This document shows, piece by piece, positions 24,059-37,143 of a stretch of 64,000 nucleotides of DNA. A model generated the notes under the pieces. It was not told where the DNA came from. It did not search any database and saw only the letters and a list, made by a program, of their open reading frames with translations. The DNA lies in the NCBI RefSeq assembly GCF_964355755.1, contig NC_092673.1, forward strand, positions 21,325,648 through 21,389,647, given 5' to 3'. Position 1 is the first letter of the stretch. Every line of letters starts with the position of its first letter. The position numbers and the translations under genes are program-made. The stretch is from Antedon mediterranea (lineage: Eukaryota; Animalia; Echinodermata).

Positions 24059-27000
24059 CTGCAAGATAGAATATATCCATTTAAATGTACATAGAAGTAT
24101 ACCAAATTTGTATAAAAATCACATAATATTTAATCATGAAATCCAACATACTAAGTTCATCATCAAAATAATTACAATGTCATTTCCTCCTCGGTTCTTC
24201 TTCGGTGCGTTTAATTTCATAGTTAATTTTGTTCGGAAATTGACCAGATACGTATTATGTCAGATATTTATAATTATGTATGAGAAAGATAAAAAAAAAA
24301 GGTCCCATTGGGTTTGTAACAAACGCCTCGCGATTGATATGAAACCAGTCTTACAACTATAGACATCCAGTCTATGATGAAACATGCCCCAGGTAATGCT
24401 AACTATAGCGGCAAGTTTGCGTCATGAACCGACGTGCGATTCGAACCTACGACCCCTTATTTACAGAGAAAACGTATTAGTTCTCGCAGGAATTGAGGAG
24501 GTTTGAAGCAGGTGAAATTATCGCCAAATACGGTATGTTTCATCTGGCAGTATATATCAGATTTGGTCGATAAAATTGCTCAAATTTAATGAAATAAAAC
24601 TCAATTTCTCTTTTGAAAATAGTTAATATTTTAATACGAGACAGGTGTCTGTGGAAGATTACATAAAGATGCCAAGCAAATAAATATTTTTTTATGTTTT
24701 TCAATAATCAGCCTTTTTCCACACTTAATTATCTTAGACCACAACATCGTGAAAATGAAAACTTGAACAAACGCCCAATGTAAAACGCAGCCGGTTTTCG
24801 GTACTGTACCTATTTCGGAAGTATCATATGAATCACATGTGTTTCAAAGTATCTAGTAGTAACCTAACCCGTAACCTAACCGTATACGTGATACAGGCAC
24901 CACATGTGATATTATAAATGAGATGCTGTATTACCAAATATTCAGCAATTTGGAAATATTCCAAGCAATTGGAATTGGAATATTTTGATACTTTGGAAAT
25001 AGATAGGTATGTGCAGGAGAAACACAGTTGAAATCGGGTGTAAAAATGTGTGTTTGACTTGAATAACAAAGGTAATTTGCTTTCTTTCATTATTTGAATG
25101 ATCCAAGAGAACATTTATTTGATATGGCCTAATTAATCTGTTTGTTTCCGAATAGACAAATTACTATATAGTTTTAATATGACGTCATGTCAGGGAAAGC
25201 ACTACACATTACTTAAAATTGAAACCAAAGAAACGATTGGAATTCAAATTGCTAGCCTAAACAGTTACATCTATCAACCTCGTTTTCGATATCCACCAAA
25301 GTAGGATTCTTTCTTTTAATGAATAATTCATGTTATTTGCAGTATATTATTTTGTGGTCATATAAATGCAAAAGACTCTTATTATGGTAACATAATCCTC
25401 TGTATATTATTCCAAATATCATGAAATTTGCACATAAATGCAAAACATAACTTGTGTACGAGTCTCAAATTCTAAATGTTACTCAAAATGGCTAAAACCG
25501 TGCCGAAATGATTGTTCTGCTGAAATTGGTTTTCTTTGATGAACTTCGTTTAAAAACAAAACTCAACGTCTGTAATTGCATTTGGGATTTAAAAGGATCG
25601 ATATCAATCAGGAATGGGTCCAAATTACTCTTTTAATAATTTAGTTTGTTAATCTTTCTACTTTCCATTCTTTATGGTACCCAGAGTAATGGAATGTGCT
25701 CTATGCATGATGTAGGCCTAAAGTTCAATTCTTAATTTTAACATTTGTGAAATCCTTGCCGAAATAAATGGAAAAGAGATGCGAGACGGGATCTTTATAC
25801 AATTTGTGGCTGATTCTTCAACATCGTAAAAACGAACATTGCCTAGATACAGAACATTAGAGTTAAAGTAAATGAAACTAATATAAATCCAAACTAGTTC
25901 CAACAACAATTCATATCACGTACATTGCTGAAACAAAAGAACAATGTCTAGAGTGTGCAGACCTTTTGAATGCTTACGGTTAATTAAATGCAACCTTATT
26001 CAATTAATTTGAATCGGATTTTAATTGCATGTTAACCAGAATTTAATTGTTTTATCTTTTATTATATTCTCCATTTTTGTTCAATTACGATTGAGCGAAA
26101 TTACAAAACGTGTGCACATTTCACGTAATACGCGAACCTATACAGTAGTTGCTATAAAACTGCACCAACAATATTAGTTTCCACTTGGACGCAACGCAAA
26201 AACATAACTGAAAGTTGGCCAAACTACTATTTATATTTAATTATTAGCACTCTAACTGTAATTGTTTGTCTTTATGATTCATTTGTCATGCTATCCGACG
26301 AGACGTTTTAAAACAAACTGACTGATGTGTTCAATTATTATTCTAAGAATGATGGTGATTAATGTGTCTCTATTTTCTTTCTGGTTCTGTCGTTTATTAG
26401 TATTTTCGCTATGTGTGTATGTTTTTTTTAAATAAGCAACATTTTCGTATACTTTTAACTTTAGTTCTAATATTCAACTGTAGGCCTACTGAGCTGCTGT
26501 ATGAACAAAACACACACACATACAAAACAATAATACCTCGTGTGCAACATTCCGCCGGTAATGAAAGGTCAATGGGTCTACGTCTTGCTTGGATTCGTAT
26601 CTATAAAGAACATGGTAATGACAAAGGACTCTGCCCATGTCTGTTATGCATACATTTGATTCGTTAATTTAACCACTTAGATAGGCCTAAACATAAAATA
26701 TTCACGTTTAGTTTCTGGAAAGAAGTTATTAAAAACCACATTATTTTTGCAATTTGATAACAATTTTTATTACTGATACTTATAAAACATGTCATTTAAT
26801 GATTAATTGATTTGAGGGCTCACGATGGAAAATTTCCCTTGATTAGAAATGTAAGCCAATTAAAATATAATTATTTCATTTGACCTCCACAAAATGAATA
26901 ACAATACATTAATACGACCAGTAGAAACGGAATCATTTGAAAATAAATAGTGGACCGTTCGGTTTTTAAAATTGTCAACAACTATCTTTAATTTGGCATA

Positions 27001-27574
27001 CATAAAATACATTTTTTTTCATTTATTCACAACATAGTTATCCAGGATTTTACAATCAAGTAAAAGAAAACCCGTTTTGTGGTTCTGTCTTTGATACGAC
27101 AGATTGAAAAAAAGTTTTATTTTTGTGAAAAGAAGTGAGGCTTTAAGGGTAAATGTTGATGAATATTCAATTTCAGTTGGTAAGATATTCCATTTACAAC
27201 ATAGAATCAATATTACAAATCTACTACTGAAAAAAATAATTAACAATGCTGAACATAAGTGGTTGGATCTCAATGCAGATACAAATAAAATAAGCACTGA
27301 AAAAATGACGGTGCTGTGGGTATTAGTGGCTGAATCTCAATGGAGATACAAATAAAACTAGACATGAAACTCGTCACTTTGACGAGTTAGTTATCCGCAC
27401 CACGACAAACGCCACGTGCACGTCTTACGTTGGAATATTGCACACAGATAATGATTATGGCATTATGACAAGAACTGAAGAATATGATATGCTGTTAGTG
27501 CTGAATTCTGTCAATTTTGTGTCATATAGTATATACATGCAAACAGTATAATCTGTATACATATTACATACAGT

Positions 27575-28830
27575 GTAGAATAGGTGAAATTACGGGACCC
27601 GCCATTTATTCAAATTTTTAACATGGCGACGGTATCAAAATGAAACACTTAGATAGCACTTTCAGAAGGAAATTATCTCAGGAACAACATATTAACGTGT
27701 AGAAGAAATTTGAATACGTAAAATATAGATGCGCACCCTTTTAAATGTGATGAACTATTACGCAAAATATGAAAATACGACTTTTTTTATTCAACTGGCC
27801 ATATGATGACGTCACAACATCCGATTGGCAAAATGTTTACATGAATTCGTATCTACAATCCAATAGCTTCCATAAAACGTTTTAATCGTGATTATCACAT
27901 TTTATTCTTACGAGCTATTACAGATTAAAATTTACTGTAAAGATGAAATTAATGACCCACGTAATTAAAATTTTTTGGCATGATGACGTCATAAAAATTA
28001 AAATATTTTTATCTCATGCTAAAGAAAGTTGATTGACCTACACAATATATAAATGTAGGAGAAAAAGGAATACAGATAAGCGTGATGCGCTCCATTGAAT
28101 GTGATGAGCAATAACGAAAGAGACAAAAATCCTATATTTTACATTCGTGTGGCCATACGATGACGTCACAATGTTTTTTTAGCCTTATCGATGCATGATC
28201 CGATATCTACAACTCATCAACTTCTAGATTTTGTAATAAAAATAAACGGTTCACGGTTTACTTTAGAAACTATGACTGTTTAAAAAAAGACATAATTTTG
28301 ACGATTTTTTAAGCTTTTTCATAAAAAACGCGCATGAAATGTTTAATTCAACGTGTTCGTATGGCGTTATTTAAATTGGAAAAGGTCTAAATTGTTTTCA
28401 AAATTACTAGGAAAGGCTTGAAAAATATGATTCAAGAGAAAAAAATATGTTTTTAACGCTACGTGCGCACCGCGTGCGTAAAAAATTGCGCGCCCGTGGG
28501 AATTTTTGACATGCTCAAAATTACAAGAAACGCATAAAAAGTTGATTAGAAATTAATTTTGCGCATTTTGAAATTTTAAATGTGCGTGCGCGCGTAACTT
28601 CTTGTGAAACATGCCATTTTTAATCCGTAGAAAGTTTGCCCCTGATATGACTTAAATTTTGTCAAAGTGTCAATACTAAATGACTTAGTTTTTAATCTAT
28701 GATCAATCATTGAAATTCATAAAATTGCGCGTAAGTTACGTTGCGCAACTATGACGTCATTCAAAAATAGGAGGTGCACAACTTCACGTAAATGCCCATA
28801 TGTTGTCAAAGTTATGAAATGTTATTTTTA
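27575..28830. mobile_element. Probable HINE-like repeat with 177/354-bp internal periodicity
   Basis: Starts gaataggtgaaattacggg. Segment 27714-27870 aligns with 28068-28225. TGACGTCA at 27807, 27984, 28161 and 28752. Confidence 0.45.
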
Positions 28831-29265
28831 CACATTTTAGAGAAACGCGATCCACAAAAAGGAAGGATGGAAAGAAGAATAATACAGAAAAAAACTGTTG
28901 ATCTCATACAATAACAAGGAGTTATCCGCTTGGTATACCAAGCGGATAACTAATAAGCACTGAAAAATTGACGATGCTGTGGATATTAATTGTTGAATCT
29001 CAATAGAGTTACAAATAAAATAAGCACTGAAAACATGGCAATGACTGGATCTCAATGGAGATACAAAATAAAATAAGCAAAAAGCTAAATCAAAGCGACA
29101 AATTCTCATTTACTTTTCAATAAGCCTGTTTGTAAATTTTACGGTGAAAAATTTAAAAACAATTTTGACCCAAATAATACATGCACGTGGATATCACGTT
29201 GCCGATGTTCCCGTTGCAGGCATCAATAGTTCAGTTGGTATGTTTGTTTGTATGTATTTTTGTTA

Positions 29266-29823
29266 CTGTTATGTAATGTTAAGGGGGGATGTGGATAGAG
29301 GTGCTTGTCACCTGTTATGTAATGTTAAGGGGTGATGTGGATAGAGGTGCTTGTCACCTGTTATGTAATGTTAAGGGGGGATGTGGATAGAGGTGCTTGT
29401 CACCTGTTATGTAATGTTAAGGGGGGATGTGGATAGAGGTGCTTGTCACCTGTTATGTAATGTTAAGGGGTGATGTGGATAGAGGTGCTTGTCACCTGTT
29501 ATGTAATGTTAAGGGGTGATGAGGATAGAGGTGCTTGTCACCTGTTATGTAATGTTAAGGGGTGATGAGGATAGAGGTGCTTGTCACCTGTTATGTAATG
29601 TTAAGGGGTGATGAGGATAGAGGTGCTTGTCACCTGTTATGTAATGTTAAGGAGGAATGTGGATAGAGGTGCTTGTCACCTGTTATGTATATGTTAAGGG
29701 GGGATGTGGATAGAGGTGCTTGTCACCTGTTATGTAATGTTAAGGGGTGATGAGGATAGAGGTGCTTGTCACCTGTTATGTAATGTTAAGGAGGAATGTG
29801 GATAGAGGTGCTTGTCACCTGTT
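29266..29823. repeat. 46-bp minisatellite, ~12 copies
   Basis: Unit ctgttatgtaatgttaaggggkgatgwggatagaggtgcttgtcac, followed by an A-rich tail at 29866-29890. Confidence 0.95.
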
Positions 29824-31557
29824 CATCCCTTTCTTTTAGCTGTTTTTGTATGCAGTGATAAAGTTTAATAAATAAAAAAAAATAAATAAAGAATCCCTTC
29901 CTCAGATTCTATAGAATCAATTACAGTTTGCAATGTTAAACACGGAGCTACCTTTTAATCACAAACTTATGGAACAAGTTGCGACTTCTAAATACCACAT
30001 CAAATTTGCTTCAACTACCGTAAAATGTCATACATAACAGTACCTTATACTCACACACGATTCCACCATAAGTATCCAACTTAGACAACATGCATGCAGG
30101 TCTAAAGTCTGTCATGTCTTCAAAGTCATCACGAGGTTATGGCTTTGTTTTAAACTTCTGATATTTGCAAACATTACGTAAAGTAAATACAGTATGTGGT
30201 TATACTTTTATATTTTTTAAATCTTTCTAATCGCTAAGTAAATACATGAAAGTAAATACATGAAAGTAAAAAAAATGATAGTTGTGCAGGAACAAAGTAC
30301 GATGCCTGCTGAAACCAAAACCGACAAGCTACTTCTCCACTGTTCGTCGCTTTGTAAACTTTGTCTGAATGTCAAATGTATTTTAAACGGGTTCTTATAT
30401 TTCAAACCATACATACATAATGCTTTTGTGTAACTCAATGCGTTATACAATATGCATGTAATGTAATGAAAATATCGTATTCTTGGGTTTAATTATCGTA
30501 AGAAATGACAGGCCTATAATAAGATTATCCAAAGATCCCAAGATAATCGTTGCGAGTTTGAATCTGATCGTTGACGCCATTGTATGTCTTCACATTACGT
30601 TGCACCTGCCCACGTGCAACGATGGCGTAGAAAACGTATATAGCCGTATTGATGTTCAGATAAGATATGTACAATACTGTAGTCATTTACAGGTACATTA
30701 AGTAGGTTAGGGTCGGTATTTACCCTTTACCGTCGTAATTGGAAATAAGGTTTCTGATTTTCTAGAAAGAGAGTTAATCGTTACGTACGGTGTATACCAG
30801 CTGTCTCTCACAAATATCACTGTGGGCATGTATAAGTTCCCTTCGATTTCGAGTGCAGTGCGCGCAATATAGCACGTAATTTTAAAAGTAACAGAAAGTA
30901 ATAAATAGATTGGATTGGTCAAATGACGCTAAAGAAAACCATTTTGTTTTTCATTTCACGTTATCTAATTTCAATAATAAATCTCACGCAATATAAATAT
31001 GAATATAGCCTACTTGTGGTAGGCCTATATTATTGATAAGAAATAAATACATTATTTGCGGTAGTTTTGAAGGCTCAATATATGGTATGTGTTTATTTTT
31101 AAATTACATCATCATACAACACAATTTGGAATGCCGCTAGACATTATATACTGTTTCCATTTGATTGTCATTAAGATAAGTCATATAATCAGTAAAATCA
31201 CGTGATTGTTCTCTACACTTTATAAATGCCTGCGAATGAAAATGAGAAACACGCGTGACCCCTGACCTCATGGCGATGAGAAGAGAAGATGGAAGTTGAT
31301 GTTAGATGTATCAGAAGATGAAGCGAAATGGTTATCGAGCATTGATCTTAATTGGTGATTTAATGAGTTGTGTTAATCCTATGATGATAGCAAGGGGATG
31401 ATTATGATTTCCCTGAGTGAACTATGGCCATAGGGATAGTTATTGGTGGTAAACATCACATTCGTGTTAACCTAGATATAGTAATTGTTATGTTCACAGT
31501 AGCACAACTATAATGTCATTAATACAGTCTATAATAAGTGGCAGTGACGTCACTTAC

Positions 31558-31608
31558 GTGGAGTTACTCGTTCTTTTGTTGGCGATCTACGTAGAACATA
31601 TCCAGCTT
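31558..31608 (-). other. Candidate 51-nt non-coding 5' UTR exon of the dopamine receptor
   Basis: Strong minus-strand acceptor ttttcttttattttacag| and donor |gtaagt. Confidence 0.4.
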
Positions 31609-32715
31609 CTGTAAAATAAAAGAAAAAATAAACATTCAAAGATAACTTATATCTGTGTGTGTTACTTGTTGTACGGATATTCTGCAGTTGGATTTCTATC
31701 GTATGAGATATTCGTTTTTCGTTAAACGTAGATTTTGTTGTGTTGTTTAAAGAAGTAATTAATTTATTTATTTAGATTTATTCTAGTACTGTATGCCTCT
31801 TTATAATACAGGTTATCAAATATACTAAAAAACAAGACGCAACATTGCGCGTCAAAATAATGATGCAAATAATTACGATATTTGTACGCGCGCGTTACGT
31901 GGAAGATTAGTATTTAACCAACCGCAAGTGGTGTAATATCTGCCAACCATTCTACCGTACTTCACTTAGAAATATAAACGGCAAAACATTTTGAAAATGC
32001 ATTTAATACGTAACTACACACTCGCAGAGCAAGCAAACGATGTCATATTATATTTATTTATTTAAATTATGAAATTGAATGACATTTAATTGAGATTCAA
32101 TTGAATTCAAACGTGCCTGCAAGTTCATTGTATGGTCATCTTCAATTATATTTGCCGTCACTTCAGCATAATGTTTTTTTTTCTTACATTCTAATATATG
32201 TGGTACCGTATTCATGGAAAGAATTTATGCTGTTAGTATACAGTTAGTCAAGGAGAATTTTATAATAACTATGGTGACTTATGTGTGATTATGAAAATTA
32301 ATAAATTTAAATTAAAGATGCATTGTCCCCCTGAATTTTTTATTTTTTTTAATATGCCATTTCACATATTAGTTAATCACTTTGACCAAAAATTGGACCA
32401 AAAAAAAATTATTTACTTAAAAAAAACTGTAATTTAAGACAAAATAGTCAAATCGGTTGCCCGCCAATGGGTTTTGGTTGAATTTAACCGTTTAGTTTGT
32501 CGTGTTTTGTGATGTTGCAATTCTGATAAGGATGATGTCAATGATTCGGTAAATTAGATAATAAAAAAGATAATAATGATCATTGCAATTGATGAAATTA
32601 GTATTATTGATTTAGGACATGATAATGACGACATTAATGAAGGTAATGATCAACTGTTATGATGATGATGATGATGATAAGATTTCAATTTATAACCATT
32701 CTTCTAACTAATAAG

Positions 32716-32759
32716 ATATTACCAGGAAAGAGTAAAATTACACTCTTCCCTGATGTTAC
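32716..32759. mobile_element. Putative P-superfamily footprint
   Basis: ATATTAC-[CAGGAAAGAGTAAAATTACACTCTTCCCTG]-ATGTTAC. Confidence 0.5.
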
Positions 32760-34609
32760 AGACCGGCAGCATATTATTATTAGTCAACGAACATTTTCTG
32801 ATTGAATTGTAACTCAATACAAGGCGTAACAGGCCAACCTTTATGTCTTACACAATTAAATACTAGTCAATTAATGTCCCATGAGGCATATAATTTGATT
32901 AATGGTCCAACAATTCATCGTAAATTCTTTCTTAATTATTCATTCTTCAATCAAAGTTGGTATTACTCACTTAGCATTATGTAACCCTCAATTATCGGTA
33001 ATGGCTGACTGCTATTACTACATAGTTGTTGTATACATTACTTATAACGAGAAGAGTGTGTCCAACATACAAATATTATCTAATGGGAACAACGGAACAT
33101 TGTAAGTAGTAACCTTTAATGTTCGTGATTCATTTAAACAAATGTGTTAGGCCTACAGTACTATATTTCTGAAAACTTGCCAATTGAATGTGAGGATGCA
33201 GACATCGCCAAAACCACAGAGTTAAAACTAATGAAGGGCAATTGCTACTGAATACCACTTAGTCCGGTTTAAGCATGAAGGAATTAGGTCGAATCTTCCA
33301 AGAATGTCGTATATTTAGTAATAGTGGGTGTACAGTACATGAATATGGAGGCACATATGTTAGTCCACCCATAAGGTCCATGTTCCACCGGTCGGGCGTT
33401 AGTATACGTATGAAACGCCATGTTTGCCAATTACTAATACTAAGTCGAAACACGGTCTAGAAATGGACTATTTAAGTCTCAATTTAACTACAAGCTCGTT
33501 ATGTTAATATATCTGGTAAAATGCTTTAATGATTCTTTAAGGGGTCTACATACATTAACTTGTTATTTAAAGACGATCTAATATACCTTCTTGCTTCAAT
33601 GGAATCAACAGTGTTTCTCTTTAAAAGCTATCGATTGCCACGGTTTATATATTATTTACAAACACGTAATCATCAGTAATGTGATTTTTTTTAACCATAA
33701 TTCATATATTCCAGTTAATATCCAATTAGTACGGGTGTCACTGTGATTAAAAGAGTATTAAGTAGTTCGTTATTGATACTTTTGTCCAATAGATAACCTA
33801 ATATTAGTTAAATTTATAACACAAATAATACCATTCCTTTGTATGTTATTTTTAGATTATTTTTCTAACAAAACTTGCACCGGGGCTTTCAAGCTATTAG
33901 TGTAAGCCATCCTTATCTGTGTAAATTTAGTTATTAACAAATGTTGTATACTGTACTTGCTAAATAAGACGAAAAATATTCAATAATGAAAAAGGAGTAC
34001 TGTACAACCTTCTTAGTTGTTTTATCTATAGGAACAAGCATTAGACCGAAGTAAATGTTCGGGCATGCTCAGAGGAAAACATGACCTGTGGTAGTACCTA
34101 TACTCGACAAAGTATTGCTTTTGATGAAGTAATGTTACTGGTTCCCACTTGAACGCAACGTAAGGACGTAAACGCAACGCAAGCGAGTTGACCAATCACG
34201 AAGTCCCTTGTGAATATTCAACTCACGTGCGTTGAATTATTCCGGGGTTGAATCATGGATTAACGAATAGAAATCTACGTTAAATCTACGTCGTCGTGTT
34301 GTGTTACGTAATTTTATAATTTTGAATAATCTTTCAGTAATTTTGTATATTGGATGATGTTAAAAGGGTCAACAGACAACAAATAGCTGAATTCCATGCA
34401 CCATACTGTCGCCATGACAACGACTTATAGTGAACAACCCCGACAACAAAGAATGTCATTGGTTAATTCACTTTAATAGCTCTATTTTTTTTACGATTTA
34501 TTTAATTAGTGTACTCAGTTGGAAGAATTGTCACGTGGTATAAAACCACTGCTGGAGATGTTTGACAAATGTTTAACCATTTGGTTAAGAACAGGGTTAG
34601 AGTTATATA

Positions 34610-36020
34610 TAAACTTTATTTAGACACGAGACTGATGTGCAGTACAACTCGTTCAATCAATATTGATTGTTTTTACACAAGTTCGTGATACTGTATTACA
34701 AAACAAAACAAAAAAATCAACACCATATAAATACAACAGAAACGAAAAAAATTTTTTTTTTGAAAAGAAAAAAAATTACAGCAGAGTCCCCTTCATCTGA
34801 CACCTCTATTTAGGGTACACCATACTGGTACTTCCCGTGTAAACGGAAACCCTTATCGAAGTGTAGAATTCATGGGGATTCAACTGTAATACATAATAAA
34901 TCTTTTGGATTTCATTTACCTTAAAATAATAGTGATAAAACACACATTTTACATAGTATTTAGCCATTTTAAAAGTTGGATGTAGATCGTAGATTACCAT
35001 ACCATTATGTTTTACAATGCATTTTTCAGATACGTTTTAAACAACTTAACTGAATTTGGAAGGGTATCAACATTGAGACTATTCCATATAATTGCTCCAC
35101 GATAAGACAGACTTCGTTTTTTAAAATCGGTTTTTGGCTTTGGGATGAATAGATGTGTATCACTGTGCCTTGGATTATAATTTATATCATTGAATGTAAA
35201 TACATTATTTAGGTAAGGTGGGGCATTATCTGTCAAAACCTTATATATAACCATACAACATTCATATCTATCTTGATAAAATAAAGGTGACCAATTAATT
35301 TGCCTTAGTGCCTCACTACTAGGTGTGTCCCATGTTAGACCACACACGATTCGAGCTGTTCTGTTTTGTATAGTTTGAACTCTTTTCATTAGAGTTTGAC
35401 TACTATTTCCCCAAATTATGTTACAATAGCTCAAGTAAGGTATTACAATAGAGTTTGCAATATGTTTTAATATGTTTTGTGGAAAATAATAGCTACATCG
35501 TCTAAGCATACCCAATCCATTTAGAGCTTTACCTCGAATGTATTCAATCTGATTTTTCCATGATAAATGTTCGTCTATTATGATACCGAGGTGTTTGCAA
35601 TATCGAACGCGTAGTACAACATCGTTATCTATATTAACTGATCTATTTTTTTCTTTGGTGGTTGCCAATCGGTTTGTCGATCCGATCAACATGAACTCGG
35701 ATTTAGAGACATTTAGACTCAATTTATTATTTTTTAACCAATCGTCGATTTGTATAAGTTCTTCATTTAGCCTATACTTTGGTATATTTCATTTTCATTT
35801 TACAACAATAAATTATAGTATCGTCAGCATACATACTTATTTTACATTTGTTTACAACTTTCGATAGGTCATTTATATATAAGAGGAAAGCAAGTGGGCC
35901 CACGATTGACCCCTGAGGCACTCCACATTGGATGTGTGTATAGTCAGACAATGTATTATTTACATTTGTGAATTGCTTTCGCTCAGACAGATAGCTCTCG
36001 AACCATTTTAAAACATATTT
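34610..36020 (-). mobile_element. 5'-truncated CR1/L2-group LINE (RT C-terminal half plus 3' UTR)
   Basis: WFESYLSERKQF..GVPQGSIVGPLAFLLYINDL..MYADDT; ORF 35012-35722 (LNVSKSEFMLIG, KHLGIIIDEHLSW, YCNIIWG, RSLSYRGAIIWNSL); AATAAA near 34615. Confidence 0.9.
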
Positions 36021-36977
36021 TAAAAGTTGATATCATCCCGACAATTTTGGGATTTAGGGTTTGGAGAATCCTTTACATAACTAACTTTTTACATCATGTT
36101 TTTATGACAGGCAGCATTGAAAATGGCGATGTACAGTATCACAAGAAAATAGTAATGTGTGTTGACTCAAAATAAAACGGTGTTTGCTTTATTTGTGTTA
36201 AGGTCCATGTGTACATCATCATAATGAAAGTTGATTGAAGAGACTTTATTATTAACTTCCCATACAAATAACAAACGGATTATACAACTAACTAGATGAT
36301 GGATGTTAATAATAATAATAATAATGACGTATAATGATTATGTTTATATTCATACTAGAATGATCACTCACTTTTAACAATTATTAGTTGCCTTTTGACG
36401 CAGTCGAGGTTTCTATGTTAATTCTATTTAAACCCGGATTATGTGCATGGCAACGGAGGTACATTTGAAAGAATGTTCCTTTAACACTACTACATATCCT
36501 TTGAGAACAATGAACAATTTCACTTTAAAAGCAATCTATAAGAGGGTTAGTATAAGTAAATTATAACCTTCAAAAATAACCATGGGCTTTTTGCCGAATA
36601 GAAACCCATTTCTTTGTAAGGATGGCATTCGCTGATTGCATCATGAAAATAAATCTTCGATTAAAATAGTAACCTCGAACAGGAACAACTTGAAAAGAAG
36701 CACAGTCAAATGTATGTAGTTATTGTGGTCTTCCTGAACAGTATTGAAACTAGGCTCAAATTGTCTATGATTTGAAAAAGACATTTCAGTACAAAACTGA
36801 ATTGCGTCCAATAACATCAATAGAAAAATACATATAACCATGAAAATAGAATTTTAAAAACATATAGGCCTACATATATGGAATCAAGCAAAATTGCACA
36901 AAAACATCAAATATAAACATAGGCCCCTATAAAATGTATTAAAAAATAAAGCATATAACATAATAAAATCAGTAGAT

Positions 36978-37143
36978 ACCTATTTATAAAATTCCAGGGG
37001 CCTATTTATAAAATTCCAGGGGCCTATTTATAAAATTCCAGGGGCCTATTTATAAAATCCCAGGGGCCTATTTATAAAATTCCAGGGGCCTATTTATAAA
37101 ATTCCAGGGGCCTATTTATAAAATTCCAGGGCCCATTTATAAA
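36978..37143. repeat. 22-bp minisatellite (cctatttataaaattccagggg), ~7.5 copies
   Basis: Near-perfect tandem copies. Confidence 0.95.

Noticed and set aside
24351-24383. Further footprint candidates (TATAGAC..GTCTATG here; also ~31391-31415 and 38711-38726)
   Set aside because: The flanking direct repeats are too degenerate to support a TSD.
24428-24462. tRNA gene (minus-strand GGTTCGAATC B-box; similar at ~54345-54365)
   Set aside because: No complete cloverleaf or acceptor stem is visible; more likely SINE remnants.
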